64,000 nt of DNA from assembly GCA_010093745.1 (NCBI GenBank), contig MU005973.1, forward strand, positions 186,001 through 250,000, given 5' to 3'. Below, one piece after another: positions 1 to 11,663 of this stretch (position 1 is the stretch's first letter; each line of letters begins with the position of its first letter). The DNA is from Piedraia hortae CBS 480.64 (taxonomy: Eukaryota). The position numbers and the translations under genes were made by a program. The notes below the pieces were generated by a model. That model did not search any database. It was not told where the DNA came from and saw only the letters and a list, made by a program, of their open reading frames with translations.

Positions 1-160
1 TCCGTTGAAAAGAGGAATTCTTGTTGGCAAAGCTAAACAAGACCACTTCCTACCAAGTCCGTAAAAATGACAAACCTGGGATCCAATCCCATCGCGAGTC
101 GTAGAGACAACCAGCCTACTACAAATCCGTGAAAGATTCCTTTCAGCTACAAACACATTT

Positions 161-1460
161 CTAATTGTTCTCCGGCCTGAGACTACGGACTGCCTTTCCA
201 GCCCGCCAGATTTCCATGTTACGAATCTCCTCCATTTCCTTCTCAAACGCCTGACGGTAATCCGGACGACTGGCGTATTCCATTGTACGCTGCGTTTCCT
301 TACCGGACTTGACTGAATCGTACAATTCCTCAAAGACAGGACGCAGGGCGTTTTCGAATTTCTTGGACCAGTCGATTGCGCCGCGACGGGCGGTGGTCGA
401 GCAGGCTGCATACATGTAATCCATTCCGTTGGCTCCGATGAGGGGGTAGAGAGATTGCGTGGCTTCCTCAACGGTTTCGTTGAAGGCCTCGGACGGGGAA
501 TGGCCACGTTCACGGAGGACCTTGTACTGTGCAAGGAACATGCCGTGGATGCCGCCCATGAGACAGCCGCGTTCGCCGTACAGGTCAGAATAGACTTCTT
601 TTTGGAAAGTTGTTTTGTAGAGGTATCCGGAGCCGACGGCTACGCCCAACGCAACGGCTTTTTCCTCGGCTTTGCCGGTCACGTCTTGGAAGACGGCGAA
701 GGAAGAGTTGATGCCTCGTCCCTCTTTGAAGAGGGTGCGGACAGTGCGGCCGGAACCCTTGGGAGCTACGAGGATGACATCGATGTCTTTGGGAGGCTCG
801 ACATGCGTCTGGTCTTTGAAGACGGGCGAGAAGCCGTGGGAAAAGTAGAGGGTCTAGACATGTTAGCCAGGATGGTGTGAATGTTTTGGTCTACCCACCT
901 TGCCCTTGGTCAGCAGCGGCTTGATCCGCGGCCACGTCTCGCTCTGGGCAGCATCACTGAGCAGATTCATGACAATGGTACCCTTTTTGATGGCCTCGTC
1001 AACATCAAACAGGTTCTTGCCAGGAACCCATCCGTCCTGGACAGCTTCCTTCCAGCTCGTGCCATCCTTGCGCACGCCGACAATCACATTGAGGCCGTTA
1101 TCACGGAGGTTCAGACCTTGGCCGTGGCCCTGCGAACCGTAGCCAATGAGAGCAAGAGTGTCGTTTTTGAAGTAGTCCTAAAGAGTCAGTTTATTAACAA
1201 TTTTTTCTCAGCTTTCAACGTACCAACAACTTGTCACGCGGCCAGTCGGCACGCTCGTATACAACCTCTTTGTCGCCGGCAAAGTCGACAGTCTTCATGC
1301 CTCGCTGCTGCTTGAGTGCAGTCTGCGCCGGTCGGGTCCATGTTCGTCGACCGCACACTTTCACGACCGAAGCAAAGGTCCGCGTCTGCAAACGGGGTGC
1401 AGCTTGCTTGGAGGCGACATTAATCGCACGTAGAGCTTTGCTGGATCGCTGCAAAGCCAT
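161..1460 (-). CDS. ILV5: Mitochondrial ketol-acid reductoisomerase; 3 exons (1460-1224, 1177-899, 853-161)
   Basis: Spliced translation gives a basic presequence, ADWPRDKLL|DYFKNDTLALIGYGSQG (Rossmann), NLLSDAAQ, TLYFSHG and EVYSDLYGERGCLMG; GT..AG introns 1178-1223 and 854-898 restore the frame. Confidence 0.97.
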
Positions 1461-1507
1461 CTTGAACGAGAGCTTTCAAGTGAGCAGAATAATTATTTTT
1501 CACACGC

Positions 1508-1517
1508 CCGATGTCGG
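1508..1517. promoter_or_regulatory. Leu3/LeuB-type site CCG-N4-CGG (CCGATGTCGG) upstream of ILV5
   Basis: Exact CCGN4CGG about 50 bp upstream of the ILV5 ATG; ILV5 is a known Leu3 target in yeast; TGACTAA (Gcn4/AP-1-like) also at 1538-1544. Confidence 0.6.
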
Positions 1518-1591
1518 GAGGGCTCGTGCGTTTTACGTGACTAACGTAAACGTTCGTAGGATACGGTTAACAACGACTATTTCATACACCT

Positions 1592-2122
1592 CTACTTCGA
1601 TCCACCAAACCACGATGAAACCCCAGACTTGGCCTGCCTGGCGCCGTCCGTCACACGTTTGTCAAACTGATCAATGGCTGAGTTGGCCTTGTCCTGAGCC
1701 TCCTTCATCTTGCCATCAATGTTCTTCTCCGCTTCCCGGCGATACTGTTCGAGCTTACGATCGATGTTGCTCACACCATCTTTAGCGCTAGCCACGACAT
1801 CGTCGAGCTTACGGCCAGCGTCGGCAGCAAACACTTCGCCCTGTTTCTGAGCTTCCTTTCCAGCACCGGGAAGATGGCCCTTGACTTCACGAGAGAGCTT
1901 GGCAGCATCAGCTGGGTGAATGTCAGCATTTCACAAATGCATCTAACAGATGAACTCTCTCACCTTCAGCACGCTTCTCAGCTCCCTTTGCACTACCTCC
2001 CGACTGATAGAGGTAATAACCAACTCCACCTGCGGCCGCGAGGCCAGTCACCTGCCCAGAGTTGATATATATTCAAAGTAAAAAGTAGGCTGGCTTACCT
2101 GCCAAAAGCGAGCACTAGACAT
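1592..2122 (-). CDS. Small conserved fungal LEA-like protein (N-terminal hydrophobic helix, charged helical repeats); 3 exons
   Basis: Spliced MSSARFWQ|VTGLAAAGGVGYYLYQSGGSAKGAEKRAE|ADAAKLSREVKG...KSGVSSWFGGSK; GTAAG and GTGAG donors, CAG acceptors. Confidence 0.8.
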
Positions 2123-2357
2123 GATGAACGTTTGTTGTCGTTGACTCGTGTAGTGGTAATAGGCCCCAAACGGGCGAATCCCCGGGTTTTGGTGTCAACA
2201 ACCAGCCGATGACGTATGGGTGGCTGGATATGGCTAGCGCAGTCCAACCCAGGGAACAAACATCGAGATGGGTCTTCAACCCACAAAATGAGCGTTTACG
2301 AGCTCCCTATTGGGCTCTCTGTAGGAGTCTTACGTGGTCCCTACGTAAATTCCCCTC

Positions 2358-3542
2358 ATGTCTTCCCGCCACCCTGTGATCCCGAAGGGAAAGGAAAAGG
2401 ATGCGACCATCAGCCTGGTAGATGACACTGTGGCAGGAAGTGGCGGCGGTGGTTCGGTAGGTTTGGAGCAACCTTTGACGCTACGGCAATCACTTCGCCA
2501 GCAAATGGCCAAGCAAAAATACGCTCGATATACAAAGGACCGGTACACTTCATCACACCCTTTTGAAGAACCTCAAGCAGAGATCTCGTACTGGGACCGC
2601 GGCCGAGCCAAAGTAGGTTCATATCTCAAACGGAAGCGTGTCCAGCCCCGAGGGAAGGAAAAGGAAGATCGTGTCGTGGACATTCTGTATGAGAATCAGC
2701 GCGGATGGTTCCTCTTTGGATTTCCCCGTTACAGCTCCGCCAGTCTTCTTCCCTGCGATCCCGCCCAGTGGCAACACGGTGACTTTTGTCCCAGTCCCGT
2801 TGACATTCGGAATGCACAGGTTCCAGACCCCAGCTGGGAATGGGAGTGGAGCAGCTGGTATGTCGACATGGGCCGTGACGTGGACGAAGAGGGCTGGGAA
2901 TATTGCACAGCTTTCCGTCAGGGATTCAAATGGCACGGCAACCATCCTTGGATGTCGAGCTTCGTCCGGAGGAGGCGTTGGTTAAGGGCAAGAGTTCGTC
3001 GGCGAGCTGGGGAGTCGTCAACCAGCCTGGAAGCTTTGAACGATAGCGGCTATTCGTCTATTCAACCCAGCAGCGGCGGCGGCAAGAGCCGGGCCTGGGA
3101 GCCCATAGAGGAGGAAATTGCCAACATGCCATCTCTGATTCTCGCCTTGCGTAATGCAAGAGTCGACCGCGAGAAACTGGTTGCTGTCCGCCAGTTTGTC
3201 GAGCATGGAGAGGACGAACTGTACTATCTGGCTGAGTGCATGAATGACATTATGAGCTTGTTCATTTTCCAAAACTCACGCAGACAGTTGCTGACGGAAC
3301 TGATGGAGGCACATTACGATCCAAGTCAAGCAGAGAACATGAAGCGCGCCATCGACGCAGCTGCAGCACAGGTTGAAAATCTGGAATACTGGAGCGATGT
3401 GAAGAGCGTACCTCACACACCTGGACATAACTCGCCCACTGGGAAAGGCAACGAGGACGTGTTTAGTCTTCAGTCCCCTGGGTTGGAACGCTATACCACC
3501 CCCATTGGATCGCCACTGCATGCAGGCAGCCCACTACAATGA
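2358..3542 (+). CDS. Dysferlin/peroxin-domain protein, Spo73/Mug65-like
   Basis: VDILYENQRGWFLFGFPRYS, W-rich WEWEWSSWYVDM..DEEGWEY and FVRRRRWLR motifs of the DysF domain. Confidence 0.85.
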   Translation: MSSRHPVIPKGKEKDATISLVDDTVAGSGGGGSVGLEQPLTLRQSLRQQMAKQKYARYTKDRYTSSHPFEEPQAEISYWDRGRAKVGSYLKRKRVQPRGKEKEDRVVDILYENQRGWFLFGFPRYSSASLLPCDPAQWQHGDFCPSPVDIRNAQVPDPSWEWEWSSWYVDMGRDVDEEGWEYCTAFRQGFKWHGNHPWMSSFVRRRRWLRARVRRRAGESSTSLEALNDSGYSSIQPSSGGGKSRAWEPIEEEIANMPSLILALRNARVDREKLVAVRQFVEHGEDELYYLAECMNDIMSLFIFQNSRRQLLTELMEAHYDPSQAENMKRAIDAAAAQVENLEYWSDVKSVPHTPGHNSPTGKGNEDVFSLQSPGLERYTTPIGSPLHAGSPLQ

Positions 3543-3646
3543 TGAACCATGAACCATTTAGGACATTTTATCTGAACATAAAATTCAGGCTGGTAAACTC
3601 TTGCCATGTAACAAAAACACCCTTATTAATCCTACAATCCTCAAAA

Positions 3647-4885
3647 TTACCCCTTCACAAACCAACCCAGAAGAACCCGTACCCGCTCCCGAACCTGAGC
3701 GATATCAAACTGCGCCTGACGAGACAAAACCACAGCGTGAACATTTCCCGTAGAAACAACCTTCACAAACCCCGGCGTGATCTCTTGACTCATCAGAGCC
3801 AAGCACCGTTCCGCCTCATCCCGACTTATAGGATTTCGTAGACTCTGCTGCAATTGCTGCACAACAGCCGTGACACTCATCGAAATACGTGCCGACCTCC
3901 CACCAAGCGCCATAATCGTCAACACACGTGCGACATCTTCAATACGGTTCAACGCCGCTCTCCGCTCCAACTGCTCCCTCGTAGGACCCGCGGGCATAGA
4001 TGCCATGATCGCCTGCTTGGCCAGAATCCGGTCTAGGAGCTTCACATTGCGCTTTTCTACCCCGACGGTGGACTTTTGCGCTTCGTCAAGCTGAGACGTG
4101 GGCTTGGATGCCCCTGCTTGTGCAGCTGCTTGGCTGGATTTGATATCAACTAGCCGCTCATGCCCACGGGCGAAAATAGGGGCAGCGTTTTTAACGCTGG
4201 AATTTTGACGGATTTCTGAGAGTTGGAGGTTTTGGAGAAAGTTGAGGGGTGATGAGTCGTGTTTCTTCCATTCGCACCACTTTTGACGGAGACGTTGTTC
4301 GAACTTTGTTTTGGTACTTTCTTCGTTGATGTAGCTAGATGAGCGGTTTGTTGTAGGTTGAGTGCGGACGAGACATATTCCGGCTCGGCCAAAGTCTTCC
4401 AGGGTGAAGTCGCTCGTGCCGAAGCCGAGGAGAAGTCTGATGTCTTCAATAGTGACGCTGCGCATTTTCCATGTCTTGGTGATGTGCGGTAGGATGGATA
4501 CGATGTTGGCTGGGGAGGTTGTGCCGTTGTGTGCGTAGTACATTGTCAAGGCCGTTAGAAAGGCCGCGTGGAGTCGGCATACTTCTTGCAGCTCGCTGGG
4601 CAATGGAGCGGGGAAGGCATCTAATTGGAGTTGTTTGAACAAGATGGTTGGGGTCTCAGCCAGGGTAGCATGCTTCACGCGCTTCGTCGGTGTAGTCTGG
4701 TCGATATTGTCGTCGCAAGCGCTCGCATCCGTTCGCTTTCGTTTGTGGCTCGGGCTTGGGGTAAAGGCTGGTGTGCTAGGCTTGACCTTAAAACTGTCGT
4801 TGGATCTATTATAGCTCTTGGTAATGGTGCCGAACGCCTCAATGCTTGCGTTTCCGCTCTGCTTCTGCTTGCGGAGGGAAGGCAT
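3647..4885 (-). CDS. CDT1: DNA replication licensing factor Cdt1-like
   Basis: Two winged-helix-like regions incl. LQQSLRNPISRDEAERCLALMSQEITPGFVKVV (CDT1_C-like); N-terminal PIP-degron-like ASIEAFGTITK; MCB-like cluster upstream. Confidence 0.8.
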   Translation of the reverse strand: MPSLRKQKQSGNASIEAFGTITKSYNRSNDSFKVKPSTPAFTPSPSHKRKRTDASACDDNIDQTTPTKRVKHATLAETPTILFKQLQLDAFPAPLPSELQEVCRLHAAFLTALTMYYAHNGTTSPANIVSILPHITKTWKMRSVTIEDIRLLLGFGTSDFTLEDFGRAGICLVRTQPTTNRSSSYINEESTKTKFEQRLRQKWCEWKKHDSSPLNFLQNLQLSEIRQNSSVKNAAPIFARGHERLVDIKSSQAAAQAGASKPTSQLDEAQKSTVGVEKRNVKLLDRILAKQAIMASMPAGPTREQLERRAALNRIEDVARVLTIMALGGRSARISMSVTAVVQQLQQSLRNPISRDEAERCLALMSQEITPGFVKVVSTGNVHAVVLSRQAQFDIAQVRERVRVLLGWFVKG

Positions 4886-5006
4886 TGGAGCAAATACTCA
4901 ATTATGATATCCAAGTAGTCCAAATGCGTCAGCTACGATAGGTCGTAGACTCGATGGGATAGAGAGCGGCCAAGAAGGGTGGTTGTGAGGAAATGGCTGG
5001 GCAACG

Positions 5007-5043
5007 ACGCGCCCGCGCCGCGTCGCGTCGCGTTCAGGCGCGT
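5007..5043. promoter_or_regulatory. Cluster of MCB-like CGCG elements upstream of CDT1
   Basis: acgcgcccgcgccgcgtcgcgtcgcgttcaggcgcgt; minus strand reads ACGCGACGCGACGCG, 120-160 bp upstream of the CDT1 ATG. Confidence 0.7.
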
Positions 5044-5112
5044 AAAATGTATGCACGTACCAAAACGCTGGCGCTAGCACCCGTTATGATAAATTACATA
5101 ATCAGTTCCTGT

Positions 5113-6393
5113 CTACATTCGCGATTTCATCAGTTCAACCGCAGTTGTGGCCTGTCCGGCTATGTCATCTTCCCAAATCCATCTGAGCCTCTTGTCTGCT
5201 TGTGTTGCAAACTCTTCAAGCTTTGCTAAAGTGATATTTTTGGTGTAAAAGTCTGCCAACCATTCCATGGCTTGCATGCTGGTCTGAGCCACTTGATCTG
5301 CGCGTTTGAACCGCACGGCCTCGTAGGCGAAGAACGCAGCGTCAATCTGTGCCTGCAATGGCTGTGTCTTGTCAATGTGAGTGAGCAGCTCTGCAATCAC
5401 ATACACATCTTCCATTCCCTGTCCAGCCCCAGCACCCTGATGAGGTGTCATTGCATGAGCTGCATCGCCAATCAGGAGCACTTGTCCCTGGTGTATGTCC
5501 TTAAGATGAGGGACGTGGTGAGTTGCATAGAACGGTGGGTCGCCCATGACGTCCATGATTCGATGGACAGTTTCTCCCCAAGACTCAAAAATGCTTTTCA
5601 TCTTTTCTCGCTGATTTGGCACAACCCACTCTTTGCTCGACCAGGGCACCCTGTGCCATGGCCACAGGCCAACATTCACCTTTTGAGCCCGCTCAATCGG
5701 GTACATGACCACGTATGCATCGGGTCCAAGGTACATCTGGCTGTTGCGAGCCTGCTCCCAGCCTATAGCGGCGGCCAATTTGTCTACTGATACAACAGCT
5801 CGAAAAGCACCCATGTCAGAATACTGGGGATTAGTTGCTGGGTGGTTGGGCCCGAGCATGGCTTGACGAGTGGCTGAGTGAATTCCATCACAGGCAATGA
5901 CCACATTCGCCCTGGCATCCGTACCATCGGCAAATTTGAGCTGCACTGAAGAGAAGTCCTGACTCAGGCTTACGAGTTTCTTATTAAACCGGGCATTTCC
6001 AAGCCCTGCTGTTCGAGCCAGGGTCTGCAGAAGCTCGTTTCGAATCACAGTCATACTTCCAGTTGGCGGAGACTGCACCTCCGTTATGAGTCGTGCATCT
6101 TCGTATTCTCCGGACGGTGCTCCCAGCCTGACCTGGAACCACACGTTTTCCTTTCCCTGCTCATTTCTCGTACACAATTTTGCAATTGCTTCGCCAAGAC
6201 TGTTGTCGATCAATCGAAATGCCTCCAGGGCATTAGGGCCAATGTTGATGCCCGCTCCAAGCTCGACAAACGAAGACCTGGCTTCATATATCGTGAATGG
6301 GATCGAACGCTTCTTCAGTGCCGTGGCAAGTGATAGACCGCAAAGGCCACCACCTACAATGGCAACGACAAAATCGTTAATTGCAGTGTCCAT
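5113..6393 (-). CDS. FAD-dependent monooxygenase, salicylate hydroxylase-like
   Basis: VAIVGGGLCGL (GxGxxG), IACDGIHS (DG motif), LLIGDAAHAMTPHQGAGAGQGMED (GD motif); probable start MDTAIND at 6393. Confidence 0.92.
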   Translation of the reverse strand: MDTAINDFVVAIVGGGLCGLSLATALKKRSIPFTIYEARSSFVELGAGINIGPNALEAFRLIDNSLGEAIAKLCTRNEQGKENVWFQVRLGAPSGEYEDARLITEVQSPPTGSMTVIRNELLQTLARTAGLGNARFNKKLVSLSQDFSSVQLKFADGTDARANVVIACDGIHSATRQAMLGPNHPATNPQYSDMGAFRAVVSVDKLAAAIGWEQARNSQMYLGPDAYVVMYPIERAQKVNVGLWPWHRVPWSSKEWVVPNQREKMKSIFESWGETVHRIMDVMGDPPFYATHHVPHLKDIHQGQVLLIGDAAHAMTPHQGAGAGQGMEDVYVIAELLTHIDKTQPLQAQIDAAFFAYEAVRFKRADQVAQTSMQAMEWLADFYTKNITLAKLEEFATQADKRLRWIWEDDIAGQATTAVELMKSRM

Positions 6394-6537
6394 GCATGGA
6401 CAGAGGTGGCTGATCGCTTCTAATGTCATGCATGTGATCAACACGCAACTACTACTGCACGGCTCCGCTTTCTTGCATAAATGCAAAAGCACCATTCATG
6501 AATTTCCTACAGGCCCGCTCATAAAGTCATACAGTAT

Positions 6538-8192
6538 CTATATCTGCCCTTCCTGGCCCAGGTGCGTTGTTACCTTTGCTCCATCTTCCGTCACAGCAAT
6601 ATCGGGATTCAACTTCACCGTCCAATTTCGTACAACATGTCCCTTAAAAACGATTCCAATCATGATGAGATCGACAAAGACGATCAGAAAAGCGCCCATT
6701 CCCCACATCCAGCCTACACCAACAGACTTCTGCCAGTCTGTTATTGTGAAGACAGACATTAGGCCAAAAGACACCCGATAAGCGTTCAAAGCCACGGAAG
6801 CCTCCACTGGGTGGTGTAGGAAGCACTCGACAACATAGTTGTAACACACTGGCAGCGCTAAGAGTGCAGAAAACCAGATGAGAAATGAACCCAAAGCCAG
6901 CACCATGATATGCAGATGATACTGAAGCCCGGCACCGTACAGACCCAAAGCAATGGGCATCAAGATGGAGGGCAAAAGCGTATTAGCCAAGCGATACTCG
7001 GGGTGCCAGGTACCACCGCGCCGACGTGCAAGCCACAAAGGCGTGACATCGTTAAAGAGGTAACCGTACAGCTGAGCGGCAATCATGCCAATCCAGGCCG
7101 TGAAAGTAAAGCAGGCAATCTGCAGGGGGCTGAAACCGTAGCCACCGTGTGCGACCGGAGGCATGACATATGTTGCCAACGTCGACGCTTGCATTATAGG
7201 CAATCCAAGTACGATGAAGATATAAGTACCAGCCAGAATGGTAATTGGTGCGAAACAAATTTGCAAGGGAATAATTGTTGCCCTCCACTAATACTGTTAG
7301 TTCTCTCCAAAAAGTTTCTGTTTTCAGAACAGCTTACCCATGGTGATAGTTTACCCGAGGGCTGCGTGGCCACCCCCGGTAAGAAGGTCTTGAAGCGATT
7401 GGCGAAGAAGTTTGTTGGCAGAGGTGCACGTCCGAGAACACCTCGTTTTCGATCAAAGGTCGTGTCCTCAACGAAGAAGTAAACAGCAATAATTGCAGCA
7501 CCAATGGGACCAAGCGTCCACCAAAAGACATAGTTCCACATTTGCTTCTCCGCCACAAACCCGCTCAAGGTTCCCCCTCCAACCACAGCCAAGATGATGA
7601 AGACCTCGAAAATCGCAAAAGCCTTCCCTCTCTGGTGCAGAAAGAACAGATCCAAGATATAACCACTCCCCAAAATCGCGGGTATAGCACCGAAGAAACC
7701 CGCAAACAATCGTGACAGCAAGAAAGATATATAGTCCCCCGAACCCGTCATCTTAGCCGCCCAAATCTGACAGCAAAAGATTCCAATCAAGCTCCAGAAG
7801 ATGACCGACGCCCGACCGAAGATAGCAGCAAGGGGTATGATGAAGAACGGCCCTGCAACCCATCCCGCCAACGCAGCGGCGACGGTATTCAGCATTTGCG
7901 GCGTGTTCTTATGATACACCTTCTCTTGCAGCACAAAAGTAAGCTGATTCGAATTGGGCGACATCTGAGCCACAAATGCCGCGAACAGCACCGACCCAAA
8001 AATCAGAATCTTCTTCCGAAGAGGCCAGTTCAGGGGATCATCGCGACTGTCTGAAGGCTGTGGATGGAGAACAATATCCTCATTATGTTTCCTGTCAGGC
8101 ACGACTTTGGAACCACCGTCAGTGACGAGTGTGCTGCTCATCTCGTAAGGCTTCTCGCTTGATGCGGATGGGCTTGAAGGAAGAGATTCCAT
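6538..8192 (-). CDS. MFS transporter (DHA1/HOL1-like); 2 exons, intron 7288-7337
   Basis: PQPSDSRDDPLNWPLRKK, DLFFLHQRGKAF, PEYRL motifs and about 12 hydrophobic segments; GTAAG..CTAAC..TAG intron joins the two ORFs in frame. Confidence 0.92.
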
Positions 8193-8437
8193 AACGATGA
8201 TATCCACACCCGTTAGAGCTCGGGAGGTTAGGACTGACTAGCGAGATGTGGACCACCTTTTGTTCATGCAAGACATGCATAAAGAGACTTCTAGCTTTTT
8301 CGGATGCAGTTGCCCTCGGACGTCTTATTAATAGACCTATGGCTTGCAGATGTGCTTTATGAATGGTCGATGTTGGCTGATGAGCGGAAGCCACGACGTT
8401 GAAGACTGAATCGCAGGGGATAGACCTAACCAGCAGG

Positions 8438-8477
8438 GGCAGACTCGGCAGACTCGGCAGGCTCGGCAGGCTCGGCA
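8438..8477. repeat. 9-bp tandem repeat (ggcag[a/g]ctc) x about 4.4
   Basis: ggcagactc ggcagactc ggcaggctc ggcaggctc ggca read directly. Confidence 0.85.
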
Positions 8478-9842
8478 CACACAACGAATCTGTATCGGAG
8501 TCAGTCAGGATAACGTGGTCTATCACACCATTCTTTCTCCGCAGAGCGAGGAGTTGAGCGCACATGGTAATGGCGCCATGTGCCGATCCGAACGCGTGGG
8601 TGGATGCCTGCCACGGAGTCGCATTCGTCAAAGGGGGGTCACGATCCCGGATAGGTGGAAAAGAAGGGTAGAGAATCCAGACCGTTCCGCGGCAGCCATT
8701 TCGACCGCATTGCACCGGCAAGGAATTTACGTTTGACTGTATTTCTCCGTCGGAGCGAGAAATGAAATTTCAACGGAGGGATCTACTTGTTTGCAAGTGT
8801 CATGATACTTGTTGCAACAACGGCTTTTGTTTGTGGTCTGCAGAGGCTAGTGTGGCGATGCTCTGCAACAGCTGAGTTGTTGAAGGAATGGATTGGTGTA
8901 TTGCGGAAATTGTAAACGTTTCCTCGTGTGCAGGGAATAGCGGGGACTCAGATGAACCTTATTCAAAAATCCACTAGTGTTGTAATCAAATTGTTCCCGG
9001 AACATCTTCACCAGTGTTCGGACTCCGAACCACCTTCTGCAATAGGGCTACAGGACGAGGCTGCAGGGGCGAGGCTACGCATCAGCGCACATCAACGGAG
9101 CGGAGCGGAGCATGCCGAAGCGGCGCAGCACATCACCGGTGGAGCATATTTGGCACATGCTACTGTTGGGATGGCTGGTGCGCGCGCACAAAAACGTTTA
9201 CGCCACAATTACAGCCTCATCTACTTTTTCCCGGCAATTAATACGCATGCGTGCGACTATCTTATCATCATATGACGGTCATAAGACCCCGTATGCAATA
9301 ACGCTAGGTCTCCCCCTTGTGCATGCAGGTGACAAGTCGAGAAATGAAGGGCTTGTCCGAAGAAAAAGCGGGGGTTACGGACCCTGGGAAGATCATTGTT
9401 TCACATCTTGGCAGACGACAAGGCGACTATTCCGGCCGTTTCTTGTCACTCAATTGTGAAGGATGGTTTGACAGGGATACACAATCCAATATGGGGGACG
9501 GTTTCTCGCCCACTTCAAAGAAACAACTCGTCCAGCCTGTCTCTTAACCTTGAAAAGGGTGGGTTGATGCCAATCCTCCCATTTTCATTTTCCCCAACTT
9601 CAGAACCAGACTACTGGTATCATTTTTCCCTGCTCACTTACAGGGACACTACAGCCCTCAACCCACTTTTTTGATCCAAGTGGAACAGGATCATGTCGAT
9701 CAACGACCATGAGCCCTTGTCACAACACACCTCATATCAATTAAGGGGGTGTGCAAAGCGACAGGCACCATGACAACAAACGTCTCCAACGTCCAACGTC
9801 CATACCGTTGACCTTTTTTTTCTTTTTCGTCTCTTTTTTTGA

Positions 9843-11286
9843 ATGGCAGGGGCGTCAGCCTCGACAGCCTCAACAGCATCTCGAGAGGCTGAGATTGTCG
9901 TGCCTCTAGTCGTGACGACTTTCGTCGCCTTCACACTCACTTCACTACGTCTCTATGTGCGAAAATTCTTAATCCGGCAGTTGGATTGGGATGACCTACA
10001 CAATGTTCTTGGGATGGTACATTTTGATTCCTCTTTTCCAGGTAGAGTCGCTAACGCCGTGCAGCTATTCATGATAGCAGTCCTTCTGCTTACCTTGTCT
10101 GCCGTACCGCTTGGCTTCGGCCGCCATTTCAGCGTCGTCGACCATCACCTAGCGAGCAGGGGAATCATGTTCCTCCGCATCAGCGAATTCTGTCTCATCA
10201 TGTCCACGGTATTCGTCAAAATCTCAATCGCATTGCTGCTGAAGAAATTATTGTGCGGGTAACCTTTGTGTGGGTCTGCGGATCGCTAACTTTTTGATAA
10301 GTTTACGGACTCGAAACTGGGGAATCGCATTATGGGCGTTCATCATCTTCAACTCGAGCTGCAGTATTTTCGACGCGATTGTTATCTTTCCCCAATGCAC
10401 TCCTGTCGCGTATAACTGGGACAAGTCCATCCCCGGCGGGACGTGTTGGCCCGACAGTGTCATCAACTTTATCGGGATATCTCAAGGAGGTGGGAAACCC
10501 AAACAGATCAAATAGATCAAAGCTGACAGGTAAAAAGTCCTCGCCGCCGCAACAGACATTATATTAGCCTCCCTCCCACTGCTCTTCCTATGGAACATCA
10601 GCCTCCTCTGGCGCGTGAAACTAGGCGTATGGGCGATCATGGCACTGGGATTTGCGTACGTTTGTCCCAACCAACCAACCACCCATGAAACCCCCCCTCT
10701 AACCAGTCCCAGGAGCGGCGGCTTCGCCATCGCACGCACAATTCTCGTACCCAATCTAACAGCAACCAAAGATCCAACCTGTACGTTCCCCACCCCGCAT
10801 CAAACACCCTCTAACCATCTACAGGGGATCTCGTACCACTCTTCATGTGGGCCATGTATTTCTCTCCCCCCAAAAAAATCAATCACCCCCCACCCACTAA
10901 CCCCCCTTGCTAGTTTCGAATCCAACTTCTGCGTCATGGCAGCGGCCCTCCCCTCGATCCGCCCTCTCCTGGGCGGAATTCGAAGCCGTGTAGCAGGCTA
11001 TTCCAACGGGCGTAACACCCCCTCGGGAGTATACAGCGGGAGCGGGCGGGCGCGCAAATCCTGGAAACCCAAGGACGGTTCCGCAGCAGCTGCTGCAAAC
11101 GCACGGGCAGCGCACGATGTCGATGCAGAGTCGAACGAGAGTAATAGCAGTCAGATTAATCTCTGGCCTATTAGGGGTGGTGATCCGGGAATTGTGAAGA
11201 CTACGCATCTGGATATTCGGACACAGCCGAATCATGGGGCGGATTTGGAACAACAGAGACAGGATGCGTGGAATGATGAGATATAA
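9843..11286 (+). CDS. PTH11-like (fungal rhodopsin-domain) 7TM integral membrane protein; about 6 short introns
   Basis: LRLYVRK..LDWDD, GFGRH, KISI, QCTP..YNWDKSIPGGTC, DIILASLP..LW, ESNFCVMAAALPSIRPL motifs across exons; no CFEM domain seen. Confidence 0.88.
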
Positions 11287-11663
11287 TCTTATTGGTTTGA
11301 TTTATGAGGGTGTATGATATCTATTATGTGGTTTGCGGTTTGGCAGGAAGTGTGAGGTTTTGGTTGGGGATGTGGGTGGCCGTGGTGAGTTTAGGACGGC
11401 AGACGAAAGGAAACGTAGTCGAGGGCCGGGAAGGTGCATGCTTTGGCGAGTGAGCTGTGTCACGGAAAGTGTGACCTATTCGAGTACAAGCAGATTCTAT
11501 GCATCTACCAAGGCTTCATGGGAAAGCATATTCACCAGGAACGCTGACGCAGTTGTACACCGAAGCATTCCACCTTCCATATCCCCATAGGGAAGTGTAT
11601 AAGCTACCTAACACACTCCAATGAGTAATGCCCAAAGTCTGGATGAGTTTGATTTGATTTGAT

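Noticed and set aside
8438..8477. CRISPR-like or telomeric arrays among the short repeats
   Set aside because: Simple tandem repeats without spacers in a eukaryotic context; no TTAGGG arrays found.
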